Positions 16,901 through 25,589 are shown, counted from the first letter of the stretch. The stretch: 32,000 nucleotides of DNA from Promethearchaeum syntrophicum (GCF_008000775.2 NZ_CP042905.2:960001-992000); one strand, 5' to 3'. A program made the numbers and translations. Notes: generated by a model from the letters alone, not told the origin.

Positions 16901-16921
16901 CGTAATACGTTTCGTAATACG
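16901..16921. promoter_or_regulatory. two copies of CGTAATACG (same palindrome as 4259-4298, central base flipped)
   Basis: Copies lie at 16901-16909 and 16913-16921, 12 bp apart start to start. They are 38 bp beyond the integrase stop codon. Confidence 0.6.
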
Positions 16922-16958
16922 GAACTTTTCTTAAAGAACAGACAAAAATAGGAAAAAA

Positions 16959-18269
16959 TTAGTCTTCTTTCAGAGGATCTATGATTTTCTTTTTATTAAG
17001 AGATTTTACAATGAATTGGAAGTGTTTGTTTAATTCATCCAATTGTTTTTTCAAATTTATATTGGTTTCTTCTATTTTAGAATATTTTTGTATTATTTCT
17101 TGATTTATATTTTCTAACATAGTTATTTTAGTCGCTTGTGAAGTTATTGTATCAGTAATTTTCTCCATTTTGACATTCGTTTCTTTAATATACTCATTTC
17201 TCCCCAATATTAAAATTTTAGATTCAATATTTTCTTTATACCAATTTACGAAGGATTCTTGATCATGTGAAATTTCTTGATAAGCACCAACTAAAACAGC
17301 TGAGTGCCCCATAGTTAATTTGAAAAGATCGCTCCCTTGAGCATCTAAATCTTTAGATCCATTTGATTCATACCACCTCCTTAATGATTTTGGAGTTATG
17401 TTTTTAAGATCTAAAAGATTGCATGTTTCTAATAATTGGTCGTAAAACAAATTTCTACTCATTTTTGAATAATTATCATTAAATCTTTTATCAACTACAA
17501 AAAGCCAAGATCTTTCGGTTAAATTCTCACCCTTTCTTTCTCGATCTTTTAAATAAGTGTGAATAGAATCACATGCTTCAGAACTAAAACAAGTTTGAAA
17601 ACGAGCTTGAGTTTTTTGTCGATTACCCTCTATATAGCACATATTTATTTTTTTGAAATAACCTCGATTGAAATCTTGAATTTTCAGATTGAATAAATCA
17701 GTATCATCCAATCCTGAACTAATTTTACATAATAATATCGTTTTATTTTTAATTGAACTAAATTGGTTATATATCTTCTTTAACCAGTCCTTTCGTTGTT
17801 CTGATGATATACGTTCATTATCATCTCCATTTCGCCATATTTTTTCATTTTTTCCCTTTTTATTCTGGATTGATTCTTTTTTGTTTATTATAACAGGAAC
17901 TTTATTCCTCTTATAAAATGAAGCAATTTTGGAAAAAGCATATTGCTTTGCTGAATTCCAACTCAGTGGTTTTTCAATTTTCTTATTATTGATATTATTC
18001 TTTTTACCGATTAGATAATAGAAGAAACCAAATAATTGTTTTTTAGCAATTTCAGCTTGATTTATTGGATCAATTAATAAATCTTGGTGATGTTCTTTTA
18101 TCAATTCTTCAGGAGTTTTATCTAGAAACTTACAATATTTTTCCAGATTTCCATATCTTGCACGTTTAGATTTTACTCCTTCAACCCATTTTTGAACGTA
18201 TCTATCCTTTGAATATTTAGAAAAATCTCTTTTTCCTTTAATAAATTTTTTTGAAGTTGTTTTTTTCAT
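16959..18269 (-). CDS. tyrosine recombinase / integrase with a C-terminal coiled-coil extension
   Basis: Integrase-like features read: N-terminal SAM-like segment (SAKQYAFSKIASFYKRNKV), YIEGNRQKTQARFQTCFS (beta-hairpin Lys), PKSLRRWYES (Arg-II box) and TMGHSAVLVGAY (His...Tyr nucleophile). About 100 extra heptad-rich residues follow the Tyr. Confidence 0.7.
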   Translation of the reverse strand: MKKTTSKKFIKGKRDFSKYSKDRYVQKWVEGVKSKRARYGNLEKYCKFLDKTPEELIKEHHQDLLIDPINQAEIAKKQLFGFFYYLIGKKNNINNKKIEKPLSWNSAKQYAFSKIASFYKRNKVPVIINKKESIQNKKGKNEKIWRNGDDNERISSEQRKDWLKKIYNQFSSIKNKTILLCKISSGLDDTDLFNLKIQDFNRGYFKKINMCYIEGNRQKTQARFQTCFSSEACDSIHTYLKDRERKGENLTERSWLFVVDKRFNDNYSKMSRNLFYDQLLETCNLLDLKNITPKSLRRWYESNGSKDLDAQGSDLFKLTMGHSAVLVGAYQEISHDQESFVNWYKENIESKILILGRNEYIKETNVKMEKITDTITSQATKITMLENINQEIIQKYSKIEETNINLKKQLDELNKHFQFIVKSLNKKKIIDPLKED

Positions 18270-18319
18270 ATTTATATATATAATTTTAAATTTATAAATA
18301 ATTACTATATTTTAAGGTG

Positions 18320-18333
18320 TTTTCTTCATAAAA
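18320..18333. repeat. attR core (direct repeat, crossover region CTTCAT 18324-18329)
   Basis: This is an exact 14-mer copy of 4060-4073. It is preceded by the element-side arm AAGGTGTTTT (18314-18323). Confidence 0.7.
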
Positions 18334-18396
18334 AAAAATATATATAATGTCAAAAAGATTTTTTGGATATGAAGATACAATTCTTAATAGAGTCGT

Positions 18397-18978
18397 ATGA
18401 GAAGAAAATTTCAAGGCAAACTCCTTTTTATATTACTGATCGTTGGAATGCTGATAAATAATTTCGACGATCCTATTATACTTGCAAACGCTGAAGATAA
18501 TATTTATGAGGATCAATATCAATTACAGCAGGGTGCTACCCGGTTTTATGTAGTTAATTTGTCTTTAAATGCAAATTTACAAATTAATTGTACTGCTTAT
18601 TACAAAGGAGTTTTTCACGTCTATATTTTTGATGAAAGACCCACAGATAATCATGTTTTAAACGATGGCTCAATAGACGCTTCGATAACGGATCAAGCAG
18701 TAGCTTATAATGAAACTCCTTCACAGATTTTCTCACCTAATATAAATAATACAGTAAATTCGGTTACTTTAAACTATACTGCTCCATCTTTTCAATTATA
18801 TTATTTAGAGATCATTGTGGTTGAAAATGGTCCAGATACATTTAAATTGGAAAGTAACTTTGCATTGCAAGCCTATTATATCCCTTTTATACCAGGTTAT
18901 AAGTTAGAGATCTTCGCTAGTTGCGCAGTTTTTATTGTATTTTTTATATACTTTAAAATTAAAAAATATAAAAGTTAA
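18397..18978 (+). CDS. membrane-anchored surface protein (signal/anchor N-terminus, C-terminal TM)
   Basis: The N-terminal hydrophobic segment is KLLFILLIVGMLI and the C-terminal TM plus basic tail is IFASCAVFIVFFIYFKIKKYKS. Five N-x-S/T sequons are present. Confidence 0.6.
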   Translation: MRRKFQGKLLFILLIVGMLINNFDDPIILANAEDNIYEDQYQLQQGATRFYVVNLSLNANLQINCTAYYKGVFHVYIFDERPTDNHVLNDGSIDASITDQAVAYNETPSQIFSPNINNTVNSVTLNYTAPSFQLYYLEIIVVENGPDTFKLESNFALQAYYIPFIPGYKLEIFASCAVFIVFFIYFKIKKYKS

Positions 18979-18979
18979 A

Positions 18980-21745
18980 TCATTTCTTTGGTTTTTTCTT
19001 CTGTTTTTTGGTTGATTTCTTAACAGAACTTCTCTTTCTTGTAGTTTTCTTATTTAATTTTTCCTTTTCCACTTTTTTGAGAAATTTTCTTTTAGATTCT
19101 TGTTTCATTAAAATTTGTTCGCGAAAATTTTTTAATTTTAATTCCAAATCTTTCATTTGATCTCGAATAGATTCTATCTCACTATCAATTTTTTGAATCT
19201 CTGGATATACAATAATTTTTTTAGGTTTATAGGTCGCAACTTTTATTGATTGCGCAGTTTTACCTTCTAATTCAAGTTCAGGAGTTTCAATAAGATTATC
19301 CAAAATCACCCGGCTTTCTCGATCATATTCATACACAAGTTGTAATGTAAAATTCGTTTTAATCAATAATCGGGGTGGATCAAACCTAGAATTTAACGTA
19401 AAATTATGTCTATAATCCATTTTTGGCCTTAATTTCTCATTTGGTTTCGTCTTAATAACAGATTTCATAGTTTTATTTGGTCTATACAACTCAATTGAAT
19501 TTAAGTGAATTAAAAAATCAGAAATATTTTCAAAAAATACTTCACATTGATATTCATTAATTTTTTCTTTAGATCTTTGAAGATTTAATCCAATTTCATG
19601 TTTTGTCTCACAAATAAAATTTATCGGTTTAAGTGCTCCCGCTTTCTTATAAAAGTATTTTTTTGTAAAAGTATCTTGAGGTTTTAATCCTTTAATTAGT
19701 GAGTTTGGAATATTAATTATATCTGAAGTTTTTTCAAATTGAATTGAAATATTCCATATTCTATTTTTTTCACTTAAGTTTGTTAGTATTATCGCTCCTT
19801 CGCCATCTCTTTCAATAATTTTTAAAGAGACTGGTTTTGCAATATTTCTAAAACGAAATGACTTAGGAGTTGAGATATTGTTTAAAGGAATCGTGGTTTT
19901 TTTTCGAGCTATTGAAAATCCGTTAATACTATACTGTATTTCAGTTGAATCTTGTTTATTGAGTTTTTTAATATTCCATTCGATAATCTTTTCTAGATTA
20001 CTTGTTTCAATTGTTTTAAATTTAATGGTGGCATCTGATTCTATTATATTTTTTGGAATATGATCTGATATCGTGAAATCTTCAAACGGAACAATCCCTG
20101 CATTTGATACTTTCCAATTAATTCTTTGTGAGAGTAGTTCATCCCCTTCTAATATAGATTTTCTAATTTTTAGAACCTTACGTCTTTTTAGATCAGTTTT
20201 TCCTTTATCAGAATATAATTTGATTTCATTTTCTACACCTTGGATCTGCTTTTTAATAAAATCCAGTCTAGTGTTTAAAGCTAATAATTCTAATTCGGAT
20301 TTGAGGAGATTTTGCCTACCCTTTATCTGATCATCGCTAAGGTTTGATAATTCTCCAATCAAGCTTCCTGAACTTGTTAATGTAATTGCAGATACAGCAT
20401 CTTGAATAATATGAAACTTATCTTTAAAATTCTCAATAAAAGAATCAAATTCCCCAAAGGATTCATCGATTGCTTTAATATTTGAATTTTTAACCTGCTT
20501 TGATAATTTCTTTACAATTTTACTGATCTTTTCAATATAAATTTTGGATTTGCCATTAATTACTTTAATTCCTTTCTGCATATTGCTTAAATTTGTTGTT
20601 TTTTCGATCTTTTTTATAATACCTACCATCTTACCAAACGTATTCGCATAAGTTGTAAACTCGTTAATGATTATTATGATCTCTCTTTCGCTTGCATTTC
20701 TTATATCGGCTTTTATAAAATTAATTGTAGAATCAATACTATCCAGTGTTGCAAACATTTCATTATATGTATCTGTTGCTATATTCTGCTGTGATATTAC
20801 TTCATCGGTTAAAGCTTCAAACCAATCTCTAATGGTTTCTTTTTCTTGAACTGTAAATTCATATTTTTCGCTTAATTTTGCATATTCAACATCAGAATTA
20901 TTATATTTTGATTGGATTTCATCGAATCTTTGTTTTAAAAAATCTTTTCTGGAATTTAATTCATCCAAATTCTTTGACATTCCAAATTTCTCTAAATAAT
21001 TTAGTTCTTCCTTTCGGTTTTCTTGATGTATTTGAATATTCATTTTTTTTTTTTGAATTTCTTCAAGATTATCTAAAATTTGATTCGATTCACTATATAT
21101 CTCTTCAAGATCCAAATATTTCTTAATAGAATTTACCAATTTTAATTGTTGAAGTATGTTATTGAATGTATTGAAAATTTTTTGAACGCTTAGGAGAAAA
21201 TCATCAAAATCCTTTGAAGATTTTTGCAAAGCATCTGCATTTGCTTTCTGGATTAACTCGCTCATTGATTCAATTGAATCTTCAATATTTTCTGAAAGCA
21301 TTTCTAGTGTCATGGCAATACCAATAACTGTCTGAGATAACTGCTCTTGATTTTTAATTGATTTAGACTCTCCGAGTGGGGACATAATATCTTGGAGATC
21401 ATTTACATAACTTTGAAAATCAGAGATATTTTCTTCTATTGCAATTTCTGAGTTTTTAATCATTTTTTCTTGTAACTCAGTGACGTGTATATCAATTGAA
21501 TCAATTAAAGATTTTAACAAATCAATATTTTTATCGATTTTACCTTTAGATTGAGATTCAACCCGCGCCATTTTCTTAATATTTTTAGTAATCTCTTGAA
21601 TTTCTTTTGATTTTTCTTTTAAAAACTTTTTAAGTTTCAGTTCTTTTCTATTTTGCTCTTTTAATTGCTTTTCTAAATCACTTAGTTCTTCTTCCAATTT
21701 TTGTCGAGCATTTAATAGTAATTGCTGATCCCGATTCTTTTCCAA
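18980..21745 (-). CDS. large coiled-coil protein with C-terminal beta-rich domains and a poly-Lys tail
   Basis: 921-codon ORF with no in-frame ATG near the 5' end (TTG at 21745). About 530 aa are heptad-rich and about 300 aa are beta-rich (INWKVSNAGIVPFEDFTISDHIP...). A second coiled coil and KKSTKKQKKKPKK follow. Confidence 0.6.
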   Translation of the reverse strand: MEKNRDQQLLLNARQKLEEELSDLEKQLKEQNRKELKLKKFLKEKSKEIQEITKNIKKMARVESQSKGKIDKNIDLLKSLIDSIDIHVTELQEKMIKNSEIAIEENISDFQSYVNDLQDIMSPLGESKSIKNQEQLSQTVIGIAMTLEMLSENIEDSIESMSELIQKANADALQKSSKDFDDFLLSVQKIFNTFNNILQQLKLVNSIKKYLDLEEIYSESNQILDNLEEIQKKKMNIQIHQENRKEELNYLEKFGMSKNLDELNSRKDFLKQRFDEIQSKYNNSDVEYAKLSEKYEFTVQEKETIRDWFEALTDEVISQQNIATDTYNEMFATLDSIDSTINFIKADIRNASEREIIIIINEFTTYANTFGKMVGIIKKIEKTTNLSNMQKGIKVINGKSKIYIEKISKIVKKLSKQVKNSNIKAIDESFGEFDSFIENFKDKFHIIQDAVSAITLTSSGSLIGELSNLSDDQIKGRQNLLKSELELLALNTRLDFIKKQIQGVENEIKLYSDKGKTDLKRRKVLKIRKSILEGDELLSQRINWKVSNAGIVPFEDFTISDHIPKNIIESDATIKFKTIETSNLEKIIEWNIKKLNKQDSTEIQYSINGFSIARKKTTIPLNNISTPKSFRFRNIAKPVSLKIIERDGEGAIILTNLSEKNRIWNISIQFEKTSDIINIPNSLIKGLKPQDTFTKKYFYKKAGALKPINFICETKHEIGLNLQRSKEKINEYQCEVFFENISDFLIHLNSIELYRPNKTMKSVIKTKPNEKLRPKMDYRHNFTLNSRFDPPRLLIKTNFTLQLVYEYDRESRVILDNLIETPELELEGKTAQSIKVATYKPKKIIVYPEIQKIDSEIESIRDQMKDLELKLKNFREQILMKQESKRKFLKKVEKEKLNKKTTRKRSSVKKSTKKQKKKPKK

Positions 21746-21872
21746 CAGAAATTCATCCTAATTCTTTTAATATTGTTATGAGTTGTTTTCTTGTTTAAAA
21801 TCTTTACTTTACGATCTTATTTCGTAATTGTAATAATAAAGACTTATTACATATTTCATTTTAATTTCTTTT

Positions 21873-22793
21873 ATGCAGAGCTCAACATTCACTTTTAAGG
21901 ATAAAGATGATATAGAAATTTTTGTGTATAAATGGCAACCTGAAGGCGTTCCCAAAGCAGCTGTTCAAATTGCTCACGGAATGGCAGAACATGCTTTAAG
22001 ATATGAAAGAGTGGCAGAAGCGTTAACAAAATCGGGATATATTTGTTATGCGAATGATCACCGTGGTCACGGAAAAACTGCAGGAGATCTTGAAAAAACT
22101 GGTTCTCTTGGTCAAGGTGGTTGGGATAGTACCGTCGAAGATTTGAAAGAGTTAACAGATTATATTAAAAAGGAAAACCCTGATATCCCATTTTTCTTTT
22201 TAGGACACTCTTGGGGATCTTTAATGGGTCAAGACTATATTCAACAATGGGGAAAAGAGATAAAAGGCGTAATTCTTAGCGGAACTAATGGGTCCCAAAG
22301 TAAATTACTTCTCTTTTTGGGAATGTTAATTGCTAAGTCGCAATTAAAGAAAGGACCTGAAAAAAGAAATGAAAAGTTAGATGATATGACTTTTGGTGCA
22401 TTTAATAAACCGTACGAACCTGCTGAAACTAAATTTCAATGGTTATCCCGCGATCAAGATGAAGTAAATAAATACGTTGAAGATCCTTATTGTGGTTTTG
22501 TATGCACAACAAGTTACTTTGTAGAAGTTCTTAAAGGACTTAAAAAAATCTGGAAAAAAAAAAATGAAATAAAAATTCCTAAGGATCTACCAATTTTGAT
22601 CCTTGCTGGGGATAAAGATCCTTCAAGCAATATGGGAAAAGCTCTTGATATTTTAATCAAACGCTATGAAAAATATGGCATTAAGAACATCACTAAAAAG
22701 ATCTATAAAGATGCTCGACATGAAGTGTTTAATGAAATTAATCGAGATGAAGTAATTCAAGATCTTGTAAAATGGCTTGATGAGCATATCTAA
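21873..22793 (+). CDS. alpha/beta hydrolase, lysophospholipase / monoacylglycerol-lipase-like
   Basis: The catalytic features are present: HGMAEH...DHRGHGKT, the nucleophile elbow GHSWGS, AGDKDP (Asp) and ARHEVFNE (His). Confidence 0.8.
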   Translation: MQSSTFTFKDKDDIEIFVYKWQPEGVPKAAVQIAHGMAEHALRYERVAEALTKSGYICYANDHRGHGKTAGDLEKTGSLGQGGWDSTVEDLKELTDYIKKENPDIPFFFLGHSWGSLMGQDYIQQWGKEIKGVILSGTNGSQSKLLLFLGMLIAKSQLKKGPEKRNEKLDDMTFGAFNKPYEPAETKFQWLSRDQDEVNKYVEDPYCGFVCTTSYFVEVLKGLKKIWKKKNEIKIPKDLPILILAGDKDPSSNMGKALDILIKRYEKYGIKNITKKIYKDARHEVFNEINRDEVIQDLVKWLDEHI

Positions 22794-22823
22794 TATGTTC
22801 ATTTTTTAATTTTTAATTCTTTT

Positions 22824-24239
22824 TTACCATTCTCTTGAGTGAATCATATAGTATGCTTTCAATTCTCGATTTTTTTCAACTGCACCGCTTTCTAAAACGT
22901 TTGTGATATAACTTACAGGAGTCTTTATTTTAAGTCTCTTATAATGATATCTAATTATTTTATTCAATATTAAATTGAAAGCTTTTTCAGAATTCAAAAT
23001 TAAAAATCTAGCGATGATAGGATTACCGTTGGCATTCTCAATTTGAGTTTTTTTTAAATTTTCGGGTTTTAAATTCTCTTCTAATTGGTTTTTGGCTTTT
23101 TGCAGACGAGTTTCCTTTTTCTCTTTTGATAATTGGTCATTCTTTTTAATTTTCTCAATTTTTTGTTGAGTTTTAGCCTTTAATAGTAATTCTGTGGTCA
23201 TTTCTAAAGAATTTGCAATCATTTTCAGCTCATAACTTCTAAAATGGTATTGAAGTCGAACTACGAAATCGGTACGTGATCCTGTTTTAGCTTGTGATAC
23301 CATAAACCTACTTTTGTCAAATGGGAGTATTCTCGTAAACCAATTTGTAAATATGTATTCTGAATTATCCATTATATATTTTGCAATATTAGGTATTAAA
23401 TTTGACTTTTCTGACTGATTGATGTCATTTATCATTCTTTTAGAGATCTGATCAATATCTCGTTTAGCTAACCCCAAAATATATTTTTGAATGCTTTTTG
23501 TAAGTCTATCATTTAAAGTTTGGAATTGACAATCATCACCAACAAAATTAACAAAATATTTGAATTGAATCGGTTGTGAAGCTGCTTTTTCTATTTGAGA
23601 TTTATAAGTTTTAACTGTGTGAAGTAAATATTCTTTTTTATATTTGAAAAGAGGTTGATATTTCATTAAATATGATCCCTTTGAAAAAGTAAAATAAGAT
23701 ACTGTTGAATTTTTCTTTAACTCTTGATAAAATTGCTTTAATGTAGATTCGTTTAGAGAAGAGATATCAAAAACTGGATTCAGTAGATTTTTAAAATCAG
23801 ATAATTTATCTTTCGGTGGTATTTGTTTATATTTCCAAGTTGGAATTAAATTATCAATTAATTCTGGTTTTATTGCATGAATATTTTTAATTTCTAAATT
23901 AAATTTCTGTGAAACTGCCTCAATCCCTTTTGTAATTGCTTTTACACGGATATCGTTGATTATTCCATCGATTTCTCCCTCTTCAAGCAAAAAAAATGTT
24001 AGAGGTGTCATCATTTCATTTAATCTAATTAAATCTTGAACTCTTTTCCGACGAATTTTTGTGTATTGTTTTTTTTCTTTAAGGAATCTGATGTATTTTT
24101 CCATCTTGGTAATCATTTCACGGTGAACTTGTTCTTTATTATAACATCCTACGCAATATTTCTGTTTTATATGAACTGATTGATCAAGATTCTGTTCGAG
24201 GCCACAAGATTTGCATATAAAAAATTTTTTATTAGCCAT
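22824..24239 (-). CDS. hypothetical protein with an N-terminal zinc ribbon
   Basis: CKSCG...x19...CVGCYN lies at the N-terminus. I recognised nothing in the remaining 430 aa or so. The gene lies 62 nt downstream of the JAB gene on the same strand. Confidence 0.55.
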   Translation of the reverse strand: MANKKFFICKSCGLEQNLDQSVHIKQKYCVGCYNKEQVHREMITKMEKYIRFLKEKKQYTKIRRKRVQDLIRLNEMMTPLTFFLLEEGEIDGIINDIRVKAITKGIEAVSQKFNLEIKNIHAIKPELIDNLIPTWKYKQIPPKDKLSDFKNLLNPVFDISSLNESTLKQFYQELKKNSTVSYFTFSKGSYLMKYQPLFKYKKEYLLHTVKTYKSQIEKAASQPIQFKYFVNFVGDDCQFQTLNDRLTKSIQKYILGLAKRDIDQISKRMINDINQSEKSNLIPNIAKYIMDNSEYIFTNWFTRILPFDKSRFMVSQAKTGSRTDFVVRLQYHFRSYELKMIANSLEMTTELLLKAKTQQKIEKIKKNDQLSKEKKETRLQKAKNQLEENLKPENLKKTQIENANGNPIIARFLILNSEKAFNLILNKIIRYHYKRLKIKTPVSYITNVLESGAVEKNRELKAYYMIHSREW

Positions 24240-24301
24240 GTTTTTTCCTCTATTATTTTAAACTACTGAAATTCATTTTATAATTATCGATGTTATACCA
24301 A

Positions 24302-25456
24302 TCATATATCATCACTAAATTTATTAATTGATTTTAACAATTTTTCAGAAATAGAATTAAAAGTTTCCTCTGTAGAATCAAGAATTAACATATCATATCT
24401 TTGCAATATAGTCTGAATTTGGTGAAAATTTTCTCCAATATCATCCTCCGGTAATTCATCAATTAGTAAATTTTTAGATTTCCTCAATTTACGGGTGAAT
24501 TCTATTTCTAATTCGTCTCTAAGGTCTGCTATTGTATCTTCCAGAGATTTATTAGGAGTTGGGGGAGTTATTACTGTTCTTGATTCTAAAAGTTTTTTTA
24601 TTTCGGCATAACGTTGTAATTTTTGAGCAGTACTATATTCTTCGCCCTGAATATCAAAATTCTGATCAACTCTATGAATTTTATTTCCACAGGGATATTG
24701 TGTAATTATCACCCCATATTTTTCTGAATTGGCATTAATTGTAATCCCATAAACATACTTTAAATTAAAATTTTTAATCTTTATGATATTAGACGTATCA
24801 TTTAAAAGAGTTTCATGATTAATTTCATCGGTTTTTGAGCTGTATACTTTAAAGTGTCCATGACTATGAGCCCAACCTAACAATATCTTATTATTTTCCT
24901 TAATATATTGTTGAACTTCTAATACCCCTTCTTCAGATACTTTTACACTCGTTTCAGATAAGGAATGAAAAGGAATATATATTTCAGTAATACGAGCGGG
25001 AGTTTTTGGCGTTAGTCTATTAAAATCTGTTAGAACATAACAATATACTTCTAATTTCTTTGAATCATGTCCAAATTTTTCAATGCTAATTTCATTAATC
25101 GCCTTTGCCATTAAGATTACATCTGAAAAAGCTTTTTCTGTCCAAGGAATAGCATCAATAGCGGGAGGACATTCAATTTCAAATCCCCTATTATCAGAAT
25201 TTTCTGTCAAAATTTTAAAAGATTTTGGATTTTCTCTTGAAGACTGAATTAACGGGTCTTTTTTTATTAAATCATCTAGCGATCGCTCCAGAGTGATGTC
25301 CTTTTGATCTCTATCTGGGAATTTTGAACTTTTTTCTTTGTTATCTTGATCGCTTATAATAGATTTTTCTTTCTCTTTAGAAATTTTATCATCCGAAAGT
25401 AAATCTTCCAGTGAATCGGAGACATATGTTTTTTTTTCTTTTTTTTCCTCTTCCAT
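24302..25456 (-). CDS. JAB/MPN+ (JAMM) metalloprotease-domain protein
   Basis: The complete JAMM motif is present: E136 (KKLEVYCY) followed by H197-S-H199-x7-S207-x2-D210 (WAHSHGHFKVYSSKTD, DNA 24827-24868). The N-terminal 90 aa are acidic/Lys-rich and low in complexity. Confidence 0.75.
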   Translation of the reverse strand: MEEEKKEKKTYVSDSLEDLLSDDKISKEKEKSIISDQDNKEKSSKFPDRDQKDITLERSLDDLIKKDPLIQSSRENPKSFKILTENSDNRGFEIECPPAIDAIPWTEKAFSDVILMAKAINEISIEKFGHDSKKLEVYCYVLTDFNRLTPKTPARITEIYIPFHSLSETSVKVSEEGVLEVQQYIKENNKILLGWAHSHGHFKVYSSKTDEINHETLLNDTSNIIKIKNFNLKYVYGITINANSEKYGVIITQYPCGNKIHRVDQNFDIQGEEYSTAQKLQRYAEIKKLLESRTVITPPTPNKSLEDTIADLRDELEIEFTRKLRKSKNLLIDELPEDDIGENFHQIQTILQRYDMLILDSTEETFNSISEKLLKSINKFSDDI

Positions 25457-25478
25457 TCGTTTATCAATTTCCTTAAAA

Positions 25479-25515
25479 GAAACTAAATATAAAAAAAGAA
25501 ACTAAATATAAAAAA
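25479..25515. repeat. tandem duplication GAAACTAAATATAAAAAA(A) x2 in a divergent promoter region
   Basis: Units lie at 25479-25497 and 25498-25515, read directly. Each contains a TATA-like AAATATAAAA. They sit 23-60 nt upstream of the JAB ATG. Confidence 0.8.
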
Positions 25516-25589
25516 GTCTTAAAATAGGTATAATAATTAAAAAATAGATATAAAAATTAGAAAATATCTTTCCTCTTGGAGATTAAAAA

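Larger units (their letters stand above)
4060..18333. mobile_element. integrated tyrosine-recombinase element (about 14,260 bp) bounded by 14-bp direct repeats
   Basis: TTTTCTTCATAAAA occurs at 4060-4073 and at 18320-18333. The integrase gene lies just inside the right end. The cargo is RM, RHH and helicase-like genes plus many orphan ORFs. Host-like genes lie on both sides. Confidence 0.75.

Noticed and set aside
4259-16921. CGTAWTACG clusters as terminal inverted repeats of a transposon-like unit excluding the integrase.
   Set aside because: The motif is itself a palindrome, so its orientation is defined by one base only. The 14-bp direct repeats with a reconstructable 10-6-10 core lie further out and include the integrase. 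The palindromes are therefore internal binding sites.
25479-25515. Shared 9-mer AAGAAACTA between this host tandem repeat and the element iterons (12022-12100) as evidence of a common binding protein.
   Set aside because: The expected chance frequency of such an AT-rich 9-mer in 64 kb of two-strand sequence is about one. The apparent enrichment comes from local tandem copies, and the flanking positions differ.
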